NCBI GenBank assembly: GCA_045531795.1
Contig: JAZSET010000028.1
Coordinates: 33-64,032, forward strand
Reading direction: 5' to 3'
Origin: Eubacteriales bacterium
GTDB lineage: Bacteria > Bacillota > Clostridia > Oscillospirales > CAG-272
DNA: 64,000 bases
Shown: positions 54,720-63,262 of the stretch, in pieces
How the letters are laid out: the number at the start of each line of letters is the position of its first letter
Position numbering within the stretch: position 1 is the first letter of the stretch
Notes under the pieces: model-generated
Told to the model about the DNA's origin: nothing
Seen by the model: only the letters and a program-made list of their open reading frames with translations
The model's database searches: none
Program-made: the position numbers and the translations under genes

Positions 54720-57176
54720 TTATCTCTCCTGTACCAGATTCTCGGTATTTGTGATTTTTTCTTTTATTTCGGCAATTTGCTTTGCGTCGGGCGAGTAAAT
54801 GCTTTCTGCGGACTGTTTTGCCGTTTCGTAGGCATCAGCAGCCTCTCTGTATTCATCAAGCGCAAAACAGATATCACCCAAAAGCAAGTGGGCAAGATAT
54901 GTGGTCGGATGTCTCATTCCAACGCACTCGTTGTATCCGTCGGAACTTCTTTGCGCAAAGCTTTTTGCTTCCTCGTATCTGCCCAGCTTATAAAGCACGG
55001 TTGCCTTCAGGCGGTTTGAATAAACAATATCCACATGGCTTTCGTCAAATAAAGTCAAAAGAATCTGAATTGCTTTTTCTATGTATTCAAGGCACTCGTC
55101 ATTATACCTTTCGCCCGCTATGAGAAGTTCAACAAGCTGCAGATACCCGCCTGCAATTTTGCCATAGTGAAATTCCCCCGGCGAAAAAGATGCTATGGCG
55201 TGACTTATAGAGTCCTCAACATAGCTTTTTGCGATCTCAAAGTCTTTTTCTTCTTTCGTGCGGGAATACTTTACCATATACTGCTTTGAAAGATTGGTTT
55301 TGGTCATAGTATGGCGCGATTTTTCGTCTGACGTTGTAAGTGTAATCTGAGAAAATGCTTTGTCTGCAATACTCAGCCAGTGAAGCGACTTTTCGTGTGC
55401 ATTTTCAAAATGATTATCATAAGAATAAATCCAACCTATTTTGAAAGCGGAGCGCGCAGTCTCAAAACTGTTCTCACCCTTTGTTTCCAGGTGAAAATCA
55501 TAGATTTTTTTCGCCAGCATTTCGGCAAAATCAGCATCAACCGCGAAACTGAAAAGACTCTGGGCATGATAATAAAAATCAGCTGTTTTATTTGTAACGG
55601 TATCAAATCTTTCAAGGATAGCTCGTGTTATCACAGCGAGCTTGTCTTTTTCACTCTTTTTCATGCCCCAGGTCTTTTTGTCTTCAATCGTGTCGGTGAA
55701 GCGTGCGATAAATTCGCCGCAATTTTCCTCGGTGGCTTTGATTTCGTGCTTAACAACCTCCCTGATAATCGGGTGCAGAGCAATGCCTTCCGTGTTTTTG
55801 ATAATCCAGCTCTTTGTTTCCAGATCTTTGATCAGCTTTGTTGAGTCAAGGTCTGACCAGACTCTGAAACTTCTTACATTTACACCTTCAATCGGCATAA
55901 ACGAAAGATACATCAGGACATTTTTCTCTTCCTCGGAAAGAGAGAAAAGTTTGAACATTTTAAGCAGATTCTCATACGCCACCTGCTTTTTCATATTTTC
56001 GCCTGCAACTTCTTCGGAAAGAGAAAGTATACCTTCTTTTTTCAGGGACAAAAGCATCTCCTCGGGTGTCTGACCGCTGTTTTCCATATGCTGAGCCAGA
56101 AGTTCAACCGTGTATGTATGACGGTTTACAAGCTCAATAAGCTCTTCAAGATATGGGTCGTCATCTTCAACATCATATCCGCCATAGTTTTGCATAAAAA
56201 TCTCTTTTAACTCGGCCATAGACTCTATTGCGTCTATTTTTACTGTGGGGAAAAGGCGGGAGAAGTCGTTCCTAGTTGTGACGAGAACGTGATAATCTCC
56301 GGAAACAAACTCATGAAGATCTTCGTCGCTGATTGTGTCAAAGTTATCAATAACGATAAGAGTACTTCCGCCGGAAATTTTCTTGATTTTATCAAGCTTT
56401 CTTTTGAAAAAATCATCATCGCTCTCTTTAGAGCCGTCACTCATTGTAAAACGAGCCATCTCCGGCTCAAGAGTAAACGGACTTTCAGATATAATTGTGC
56501 TTTTTAAACTGCCGTTATATGTAGCATAGATGATAGTATCATAATCATTTTTATGTCTTTTTGCATACTGCTTCGCGATCTGTGTTTTGCCTATACCGCC
56601 AATACCGTGTAAAAATTGCACATTTTCGCCATTTTTAAAGTTGTTCTCAATTTCGGCCAAAACATTATCTCGTCCCAAAAAGATTTTTTTCGGTGTGATT
56701 GACGGGGTTGGTAAGAGTTTGAACTGTCTGAATTTTCCACTCCAGGCACTGTTTTTACCTGCCTTATCAAGCACTGCGTAAATTTGCCTTGAAAGGTCTT
56801 CGATACGATCATCGAGTGTCGGCTTTGTCGCATCTACGCGATGAACGGCCAGAAGGTCGTATTCAAGGTCGCCTACAAGCTCTGCTTCGTCAATAACAAA
56901 CGGTATTACGGGTTTGCTGTTATCAAGAGCTACAGCAATTTCCTTGGGAACTTCTCTTGACAAGATTGAACTTTCACTCTGAATAAAAAGAACAAGCTTT
57001 GATGCTTCGATGGCATCAACAATGACCGATTTGTAGTGTTCACTGGCCAAAATTTCACCTGTACATATCCAGCAGGGGATATTGTAGCAATTTGAAAGAC
57101 GATTTACGACATATTCTGCAATTTCCTGATCTTTGAAAGAAAAGCTTACAAAAATATCATGTTGACTTTGATTCAT
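54720..57176 (-). CDS. TIR domain / NB-ARC-type STAND NTPase / TPR protein
   Basis: TIR: DIFVSFSFKD and SxxVPKEI (candidate catalytic E79). NB-ARC: Walker A GIGGIGKT (aa 191-198), Walker B LIVIDNFD, VLVTTRN, and the MHD-like ALHPIIRE. The C-terminus has TPR-like repeats (LGRYEEAKSFAQRS, LDEYREAADAYETA). Confidence 0.85.
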   Translation of the reverse strand: MNQSQHDIFVSFSFKDQEIAEYVVNRLSNCYNIPCWICTGEILASEHYKSVIVDAIEASKLVLFIQSESSILSREVPKEIAVALDNSKPVIPFVIDEAELVGDLEYDLLAVHRVDATKPTLDDRIEDLSRQIYAVLDKAGKNSAWSGKFRQFKLLPTPSITPKKIFLGRDNVLAEIENNFKNGENVQFLHGIGGIGKTQIAKQYAKRHKNDYDTIIYATYNGSLKSTIISESPFTLEPEMARFTMSDGSKESDDDFFKRKLDKIKKISGGSTLIVIDNFDTISDEDLHEFVSGDYHVLVTTRNDFSRLFPTVKIDAIESMAELKEIFMQNYGGYDVEDDDPYLEELIELVNRHTYTVELLAQHMENSGQTPEEMLLSLKKEGILSLSEEVAGENMKKQVAYENLLKMFKLFSLSEEEKNVLMYLSFMPIEGVNVRSFRVWSDLDSTKLIKDLETKSWIIKNTEGIALHPIIREVVKHEIKATEENCGEFIARFTDTIEDKKTWGMKKSEKDKLAVITRAILERFDTVTNKTADFYYHAQSLFSFAVDADFAEMLAKKIYDFHLETKGENSFETARSAFKIGWIYSYDNHFENAHEKSLHWLSIADKAFSQITLTTSDEKSRHTMTKTNLSKQYMVKYSRTKEEKDFEIAKSYVEDSISHAIASFSPGEFHYGKIAGGYLQLVELLIAGERYNDECLEYIEKAIQILLTLFDESHVDIVYSNRLKATVLYKLGRYEEAKSFAQRSSDGYNECVGMRHPTTYLAHLLLGDICFALDEYREAADAYETAKQSAESIYSPDAKQIAEIKEKITNTENLVQER

Positions 57177-57218
57177 TGTCTCACCTCATTGGCAGGGTTA
57201 TAGTATTCGAACGCAGAT

Positions 57219-57227
57219 ATTATATCA
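57219..57227 (-). promoter_or_regulatory. Extended -10 element (TGATATAAT) upstream of the TIR-STAND gene
   Basis: On the minus strand this reads TGATATAAT, about 43 nt upstream of the ATG. There is a weak -35 (TTGCGC) 17 nt upstream and an RBS (GAGGTGA). Confidence 0.5.
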
Positions 57228-57271
57228 TATTTTTCCAAAAAGCGCAATAATATCTCAAAAATAGCACTTAT

Positions 57272-57333
57272 GAGGGGATTTGAAAGGTGCGGTCGCCGGT
57301 GTGTAATTTTATTTGGGTGCGGAGAGGGGATTT
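57272..57333. repeat. Scrambled duplicated fragments of the tRNA-fMet 3' end (att-like remnants)
   Basis: 57312-57333 (TTTGGGTGCGGAGAGGGGATTT) is a perfect 22-bp direct repeat of 57657-57678, which spans the tRNA 3' end. 57272-57284 (GAGGGGATTTGAA) repeats 57669-57681. GGTGCGG recurs at 57286-57292. Confidence 0.8.
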
Positions 57334-57416
57334 TTCATTGCCCGGTCGCCGTCGTGTGTCGTTTTGTGTGCCTCGCCGGCTCGGCTTCAAAACTCGCACT
57401 TTGGGCGACACCGTTA

Positions 57417-57447
57417 GAAAAAACAGTCCACCGGACTGTTTTTTTCT
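57417..57447. terminator. Bidirectional terminator-like hairpin 1
   Basis: A6-ACAGTCC-ACC-GGACTGT-T8. Confidence 0.5.
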
Positions 57448-57537
57448 GCACTAACCCTCCACCGTCGCATAGTCGTCTCGGTCACAAAGCATAGCTTTGC
57501 TTCCGATACTCATTGCTTTGGGCGGTTTCGGCTTCGC

Positions 57538-57564
57538 AAAAAAGACCCACCGGGTCTTTTTTTC
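57538..57564. terminator. Bidirectional terminator-like hairpin 2
   Basis: A6-GACCC-ACC-GGGTC-T7, the same architecture and loop as hairpin 1. Confidence 0.5.
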
Positions 57565-57621
57565 TTGCCTACCCCTGACCTTGGCCGGAGCTCACTCGGT
57601 TCAAATCCTTTTTAACATGCG

Positions 57622-57659
57622 AAAAAACAAAGGACACCTGTTGGTGTCCTTTGTTTTTT
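57622..57659 (-). terminator. Terminator of the tRNA-Leu/tRNA-fMet transcription unit
   Basis: 12-bp stem ACAAAGGACACC-TGTT-GGTGTCCTTTGT flanked by A and T runs, immediately 3' of the tRNA. Confidence 0.65.
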
Positions 57660-57737
57660 GGGTGCGGAGAGGGGATTTGAACCTCCTGACCTCCGGGTTA
57701 TGAGCCCGACGAGCTAACCAAGCTGCTCCACTCCGCG
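57659..57737 (-). tRNA. tRNA-Met (CAU), initiator-like
   Basis: The reverse complement reads CGCGGAGTGGAGCAGCTTGGTTAGCTCGTCGGGCTCATAACCCGGAGGTC.... It has a C1xA72 mismatch and three G:C pairs closing the anticodon stem, as in bacterial initiators. The hand fold shows one A-C mismatch in the T stem. Confidence 0.82.
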
Positions 57738-57742
57738 ATATA

Positions 57743-57831
57743 TGGTGCCGGAAACCGGGCTCGAACCGGTACGAGGGGTGAACCTCACGGGATTTTAAGT
57801 CCCGGGCGTCTGCCAGTTCCGCCACTCCGGC
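57743..57831 (-). tRNA. tRNA-Leu (UAA)
   Basis: The reverse complement reads GCCGGAGTGGCGGAACTGGCAGACGC...CTTAAAA loop..., with a long variable arm, T-arm ACCGG-TTCGAGC-CCGGT and an encoded CCA. Confidence 0.9.
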
Positions 57832-57993
57832 AGGTGCTCTTCTAAAGCGCTTACATATTATATCACATACTATTTCCTTTGTCAAGGTTTTTTCAAACTT
57901 TTTTATGCGCTCATACTATTATTATTCCGTTTTTACTCTTTTTATGCAAAGAAAAAGTCCGCTTTCGCGGACTTTTTTATTTTTGTCAGATTA

Positions 57994-60807
57994 TTAAGCA
58001 TCTGCTTCAACTGTAAACTCTACAGGAACTGACTTATCGTTAAGCTCAAGTGTGAGTTTATAGTCGCCTGCCTCAAGTGCAGTCTTGGGAGTTACGGTGA
58101 TTACATTATCAACACGGGCAATTTCATAGCCTGTGATATCTACATTCTCGCCGTCTTTCTTAAGGCTCTTTGCGCGGATAGCACCGATTCCGTCAAAGCT
58201 GAAGTCGCAAGTGATTACTATTGCACCTTCATTGTATTCTGCAGTCATGGGAGCGTCGCCGAGTACAATAACCGAGATTACCTTGCCGTCGTCAATGATT
58301 ACTTCAACATTTGACATATATGCTGTTGAGAGCTTAAGTTCTGTTACATTGAAGTTTTCGTCTATATCGAATATTGTTACATCTGTATCAAGTGAGTATG
58401 TTGTAGTGCCGAGTGTAATTGTAGCACTTGTGTAACCTGTCACGATACCTGATGTGATATCAGCAACTACAGATGAGATTGTTCCGTCGTTGTTGAGCTT
58501 ATAGTTTGTACCTGCTGTAAGTTCAGAGTTTGTTGAGTAGAACTGATCAACCTTACCTGTATCGAGAACGAGGGCGGTGTATATTCTGTATACCTTACCG
58601 TCAACATATTCGCTACCGATGTTTTCAAGCACCTTAACTGCGTTTACAGAGCTTGTGCTGCCGTCAAATGAACCGTTTGAGATGTAAAGGTAACGGAGTG
58701 TTTCAACACTACCTACCTCATTGTTGAAGACCGCTGCTACATATGCGTCGTCTGCAACAGTGATGTTTCCGTCAAATGAGCCGGTCTTCACATTGTAGTT
58801 ATAATCGCCCTTGCCGTCTGACTCACGAACTATGATTGTTGTATTCTTGTTAGTTACAAAGTCAATTTCGCCGTCAAAACCGCTGAGAGATGAAACGCTG
58901 CTTGCGTCTCCCGCTTCGAGAGTGAACATTGAGTCATTGTTTGTAATTGTTGTGTTATTTGCTTCGTCAATGATTACTGCGATTTCCTTATGTGTTGAAT
59001 CGTTCTGAACGAACTGGTCAGAGCCTGTTACGATTGCGCCGTCATCAATCACATAGGGGATAAGTGAGTAAACCTCGTCATCAGATACAGTGTATCTGTA
59101 TGCACGGCCTGCAACAACTTCGTCTGTATCAGAGAAGATAGAAACAGTGTCGCCGTCGATGTTTACCTTAACTGCGTAACCAAATCTGCCGTCTGTAAAT
59201 ACGGGTCTTGCGTCTGTAAGTGTGATAAGGTAATTTGATGCGTTACCCGATTCAACACTTGTATCAATTGCGAGGATCATACCGTTTACTGCAACGATTC
59301 TGACCTTGTCGCCGACTGCGAGCTGGTCCTTTATAGACTTTGCTGTGATGCCGAGTGCTTCGCAACCGAGAGTATATGTCTTATCGTTGATTCTTGCTGT
59401 GGTGTCTGTAAGCTTTGTTACAGTGTGTGATGATGAAACCTTAATTGTAGAAACGATGTCAAGGCTTTCGTTTGCCTTGTTGAAGTAGTAGAGAACATAG
59501 TCACCGTCTTCTGCCTTTGCAGAGTTGTTGAAACCGCCCTCAAGCTCTTCTTCGGTCATATCGTTTGCAATGTTGTATTCGCCACGGTCGCTGATTTCAA
59601 GCTTGTCAAAGCTGTAGGGCATAAGAATAATTCTGCTTGCTGTTTCATCATTTTTGCTGTCAAAGATTACTCTTGCTTCATAGATGCCGAGAGCATTGTG
59701 AAGAGCTTCGTTGTCCTTGAGCTGAACTAGCTTATTGCCGCTTGAGAATGAATATACGAGGATTTCGTTTGCATTTGTTGAAAGCTCATCTGAAAGCTCT
59801 TCTACAACCTGGTAGCGTGTGCCGTTAATTTCAACATAATCAAATATTCCGTCATCCTTGTTTTCGTGAACAACGATGCCGTCATTCATTATTTCTTCAC
59901 GGCTGATTTCTGTTGCGCCGAGAACCTTGATGTTCTTTGCTGAGTCGATGTTGTAAACAAGACGAACTCTCTTGCCGAGGTTTGCGTTAGCATCACCCTC
60001 AAGACCGAGGTCTGCATACTTTACTGTGATGATCTTTTCGCCGTTGTCCTCGTATGAAAGGCTGACGTAGTTATCCTTTACAACAACAGAAGCGTCGCCT
60101 GTTGAGAAGTCGTTAGTTGCCACGATTGTAGCTTCTGCAAGCTTGTAACCAAATATCTTTTCGATAATTGTTGTGCTTTCGTAAAGAGTTACTCCGTTAA
60201 CAACGGTTTTGGGAACAAGGTATTCTGCAGTAAGTGCATTATAAAGGATTGCTGCAGTTTCGCCACGGGTAAGTTTTTTCTCGTAGCTTAAATCTTCAAG
60301 TTCTGCATCAAGTGCAAGTTTTACTGCTGCATTGATGTATGTCCAGGGATAGCCCTTAACCATACCGTCTGTTTCGTGTCCGAGAATACGGACAAGCATA
60401 GTCATTGCATCACGAAGAGTGATGCCTGCCAGGGGTTCAAAGGTTGTGTCTGAAGTACCGATAATATATCCGTTTGAATATGCCCAGGAGATTGCACCCT
60501 TGTATGTATCATTTTTAAGGTCAGTAAAGGGGGTGGTGTTAACTGAGCCGGAATTGTCATTTCCAACCATAAGTCTGTAAAGTAAAAGCGCCATTTGCTC
60601 ACGTGTTACATTTTCTTCAGGTGAGTATTCGCTGTCGCTTGTACCTTTTGTTACTCCAATGTCAGAGATGATATTGATCTGTTCGGCAAACTTATGATCA
60701 GGCCCAACGTCTTCAAAGCTTTTTGCCGATGTGCTGAATGCAAAGGAACTTATTATTGTAATAACAGCAAGTCCCATTGCAACAATTTTTTTGAAGTTTT
60801 TCATCAA
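57994..60807 (-). CDS. Large secreted SLH-domain cell-surface protein
   Basis: Signal peptide (MMKNFKKIVAMGLAVITIISSFAFSTSA) and three SLH-like modules (FEDVGPDHKFAEQI..., FTDLKNDTYKGAISWAY...), followed by about 700 aa of beta-rich repeats. Confidence 0.85.
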   Translation of the reverse strand: MMKNFKKIVAMGLAVITIISSFAFSTSAKSFEDVGPDHKFAEQINIISDIGVTKGTSDSEYSPEENVTREQMALLLYRLMVGNDNSGSVNTTPFTDLKNDTYKGAISWAYSNGYIIGTSDTTFEPLAGITLRDAMTMLVRILGHETDGMVKGYPWTYINAAVKLALDAELEDLSYEKKLTRGETAAILYNALTAEYLVPKTVVNGVTLYESTTIIEKIFGYKLAEATIVATNDFSTGDASVVVKDNYVSLSYEDNGEKIITVKYADLGLEGDANANLGKRVRLVYNIDSAKNIKVLGATEISREEIMNDGIVVHENKDDGIFDYVEINGTRYQVVEELSDELSTNANEILVYSFSSGNKLVQLKDNEALHNALGIYEARVIFDSKNDETASRIILMPYSFDKLEISDRGEYNIANDMTEEELEGGFNNSAKAEDGDYVLYYFNKANESLDIVSTIKVSSSHTVTKLTDTTARINDKTYTLGCEALGITAKSIKDQLAVGDKVRIVAVNGMILAIDTSVESGNASNYLITLTDARPVFTDGRFGYAVKVNIDGDTVSIFSDTDEVVAGRAYRYTVSDDEVYSLIPYVIDDGAIVTGSDQFVQNDSTHKEIAVIIDEANNTTITNNDSMFTLEAGDASSVSSLSGFDGEIDFVTNKNTTIIVRESDGKGDYNYNVKTGSFDGNITVADDAYVAAVFNNEVGSVETLRYLYISNGSFDGSTSSVNAVKVLENIGSEYVDGKVYRIYTALVLDTGKVDQFYSTNSELTAGTNYKLNNDGTISSVVADITSGIVTGYTSATITLGTTTYSLDTDVTIFDIDENFNVTELKLSTAYMSNVEVIIDDGKVISVIVLGDAPMTAEYNEGAIVITCDFSFDGIGAIRAKSLKKDGENVDITGYEIARVDNVITVTPKTALEAGDYKLTLELNDKSVPVEFTVEADA

Positions 60808-61186
60808 AATCTTCCTCCGTTAATTGTATTTGAGAGGCTACGGTTTCAGGCCTTGCCTCTGCGTAAATATGATAGCACAGGTCGCTCGGGCTCTTCAACG
60901 AAAGGCAAATCATTGTTATCGCTTTGTAAAATTCGTTTATTTTTTTGTTATAATATTGTATAATTATGACTTTAAAAGCAGAGAAACGGCAAATAAAAAA
61001 CGCATAAATCATAGTTTGTGTATAGATTTTTAACAACAAATATCATTTAAATAATTACAGTTAAACTATCATTTATACTTTTGTGCAAACCCTGACATAT
61101 TTGCCACCTCACCGGTATTGTACCACCCCCACGCGCGTATATATTATAAGGATAACAAAAAATCTGAAAAAATTTTAAAAAAGTAC

Positions 61187-61215
61187 TTGACAAAACAAAA
61201 GGTTGTTGTTATAAT
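61187..61215 (+). promoter_or_regulatory. Consensus sigma-A promoter of the perR-like gene
   Basis: TTGACA (61187-61192), 17-nt spacer, TATAAT (61210-61215). Confidence 0.6.
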
Positions 61216-61223
61216 GTAAGTAT

Positions 61224-61248
61224 AATAACGATAATGATTATCGTTATT
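61224..61248. promoter_or_regulatory. Perfect 12-1-12 palindrome, Fur/PerR-box-like operator
   Basis: AATAACGATAAT-G-ATTATCGTTATT lies between the -10 and the RBS. Its core, ATAATgATTAT, resembles the 7-1-7 Fur-family box. Confidence 0.6.
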
Positions 61249-61264
61249 GATTTGAGGTGATGAT

Positions 61265-61648
61265 ATGGAGAGAGTAATAAAACATTCAAAGCAGAGAGAT
61301 GCAATACTGTCTTTGCTTAAGAGCACATACTCCCATCCAAGCGCTGAATGGCTGTACACGAGCCTGAAGGAAGAGTTTCCCGCTCTTAGTCTTGCAACAG
61401 TTTACAGAAATCTGAATTTACTCTGTGAAATGGGCCTTGCGAGAAAAATCGAGGTGGGCGACGGTACGGTACGATTCGACGGAAACATTGATAATCACTA
61501 TCATTTCTTGTGTTCGGGCTGTAGCAAAGTAATTGATGTAAGCGAAAACGAGTTCGGCGGAATTAACAAAGAGATTGAAAGCAAATATCAGGTCAGAGTC
61601 GATACTCATTCGGTAGTCTTTTACGGGAAATGCTCTGAATGCATTTAA
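61265..61648 (+). CDS. Fur-family regulator, PerR-like
   Basis: 127 aa with HPSAEWLY...[17 protein letters not shown] and a C-terminal CSEC. Confidence 0.85.
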   Translation: MERVIKHSKQRDAILSLLKSTYSHPSAEWLYTSLKEEFPALSLATVYRNLNLLCEMGLARKIEVGDGTVRFDGNIDNHYHFLCSGCSKVIDVSENEFGGINKEIESKYQVRVDTHSVVFYGKCSECI

Positions 61649-61691
61649 AAAGTCAATAAAAAATTATTTTAAATATTTAAGGAGAAAAATT

Positions 61692-62279
61692 ATGAAAAAG
61701 TTTGTTTGCTCAGTTTGCGGTTATGTTCACGAGGGAGATTCTGCTCCCGAAAAGTGCCCCGTATGTAAGGTTCCTGCAGAAAAATTCAGAGAAATGGAAG
61801 AGGGCGCAGCGCTCGCGGCAGAACACGAATACGGCGTTTATGCTAAAACAGTAAAGAACAACCCCGATATCAGCGAAGAAGATAAGAAGTACATATTCGA
61901 GCAGCTTATGGCTAACTTCAACGGTGAATGCGCTGAGGTTGGTATGTATCTCTGTATGGCAAGAATTGCACACAGGGAAGGCTATCCTGAAGTAGGCGTT
62001 TACTGTGAAAAGGCAGCATATGAAGAAGCAGAGCATGCAGCAAAATTTGCAGAGCTCCTCGGCGAGGACCTTGAACCCAATATGAAAGCAACAACAAAGG
62101 ATAATCTCAAGTGGAGAGTTGATTGCGAATACGGCGCAACACAGGGTAAATTTGACCTTGCAGCATGTGCAAAGAAGAACGGCCTTGATGCAATCCACGA
62201 TACAGTACACGAAATGGCCCGCGACGAAGCTCGCCACGGCAGAGGCCTTGAGGGACTTCTTAAGAGATATTTTAAGTAA
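61692..62279 (+). CDS. Reverse rubrerythrin (N-terminal rubredoxin-like, C-terminal diiron four-helix bundle)
   Basis: CSVCGYV...CPVCKV at the N-terminus, and the diiron ligand motifs EEAEHAAKF and [10 protein letters not shown] at the C-terminus. Confidence 0.9.
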   Translation: MKKFVCSVCGYVHEGDSAPEKCPVCKVPAEKFREMEEGAALAAEHEYGVYAKTVKNNPDISEEDKKYIFEQLMANFNGECAEVGMYLCMARIAHREGYPEVGVYCEKAAYEEAEHAAKFAELLGEDLEPNMKATTKDNLKWRVDCEYGATQGKFDLAACAKKNGLDAIHDTVHEMARDEARHGRGLEGLLKRYFK

Positions 62280-62483
62280 GAACAACACAAAAAAGCATAA
62301 TTTTGGGGTGTTCTGCATTTGTTGCAGAACACCCCTTTTTCTTTGGGAGACATATCGCTTAAAATGAGCCACGAGGTAATTGTAGAGAAAAATAACAGGA
62401 GCGGAGGGTAGCCCTCCGCTCCTTTACCGGTTATGCGGCAATCATATTGACCTTGTTAGTCTCAATGATGCGCTGTATGTAGA

Positions 62484-63185
62484 TTATTCTATGATTCTTC
62501 CGTCAGTTGAAATTGTGACAACTCTCCAGGGAATAAATTTTCCGCTTGCTTTGAGGGCATTTTTTGCAGCATTTTCGATGCCGCCGCAACAAGGAACTTC
62601 CATACGGACAATCGTCAGGCTCTTTATATTGTTGTTTGCAATAATAGCAGTAAGCTTTTCGGTGTAATCGCCCTCATCAAGCTTGGGACAACCGATGAGC
62701 GTAATATGATTACGGATGAATTCATTGTGGAAATTTCCGTAGGCATAAGCGCTGCAATCGGCGGCGATAAGCAGGTTCGCTTTGTCAAAATACGGGGCAT
62801 TTACAGGGACAAGCTTAATCTGAACAGGCCACTGACTGAGCTGGCTCACATTTTCTGTTTTTGTAGTTGTGCCGCAAGAACAATTATCTCTTTTAATTGC
62901 CTTTGAGTTGGTTCCGGGGCAACCGCAGGGAAGCGGTGTAGATGATTTTTGAGCTTTCGCCTTTTGCACGGCTTCTTCGTTATAAGCGGGAGCTTCTCTT
63001 TCTTCAAAAGTAATTGCGTTAACAGGGCAGGCAGGGAGACAATCTCCAAGACCGTCGCAGTAATCTTCGCGGATAAGCTTGGCCTTGCCGTTTATCAGTT
63101 CAATAGCTCCCTCGTGGCAAGCATTGACACAAAGTCCGCAGCCGTTGCATTTTTCTTCATCAATTCTAATTATTTTTCTTATCAT
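62484..63185 (-). CDS. 4Fe-4S dicluster ferredoxin-domain protein
   Basis: CNGCGLCVNACHEG and CDGLGDCLPACP at the N-terminus, with a Cys-containing C-terminal domain (EVPCCGG). Confidence 0.75.
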   Translation of the reverse strand: MIRKIIRIDEEKCNGCGLCVNACHEGAIELINGKAKLIREDYCDGLGDCLPACPVNAITFEEREAPAYNEEAVQKAKAQKSSTPLPCGCPGTNSKAIKRDNCSCGTTTKTENVSQLSQWPVQIKLVPVNAPYFDKANLLIAADCSAYAYGNFHNEFIRNHITLIGCPKLDEGDYTEKLTAIIANNNIKSLTIVRMEVPCCGGIENAAKNALKASGKFIPWRVVTISTDGRIIE

Positions 63186-63202
63186 ATCAATTCCTCCTGG
63201 TT

Positions 63203-63262
63203 TGTTGACTTTACAACTACATTATAGTATAATAATTATAACAAGTATGTTGTTTTTACAAC
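63203..63262. promoter_or_regulatory. Two copies of a 15-nt dyad motif in the divergent ferredoxin / crp-fnr intergenic region
   Basis: TGTTGACTTTACAAC (63203-63217) and TGTTGTTTTTACAAC (63248-63262). Both contain GTTG-N6-CAAC. Confidence 0.4.

Noticed and set aside
57596-57608. GGTTCAAATCC, a T-loop-like 11-mer on the plus strand, as a possible extra tRNA or pseudogene
   Set aside because: No flanking T-stem, acceptor or anticodon arm could be folded. It is in the opposite orientation to the tRNA genes, and an 11-mer match is within chance expectation for this window.
57270-57885. Track ORFs of 74, 68 and 94 aa (57270-57494 +, 57497-57703 +, 57601-57885 -)
   Set aside because: They run through tRNA genes, tRNA fragments and terminator hairpins. 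They lack RBSs and have Cys/Arg/Gly-rich, low-plausibility translations.
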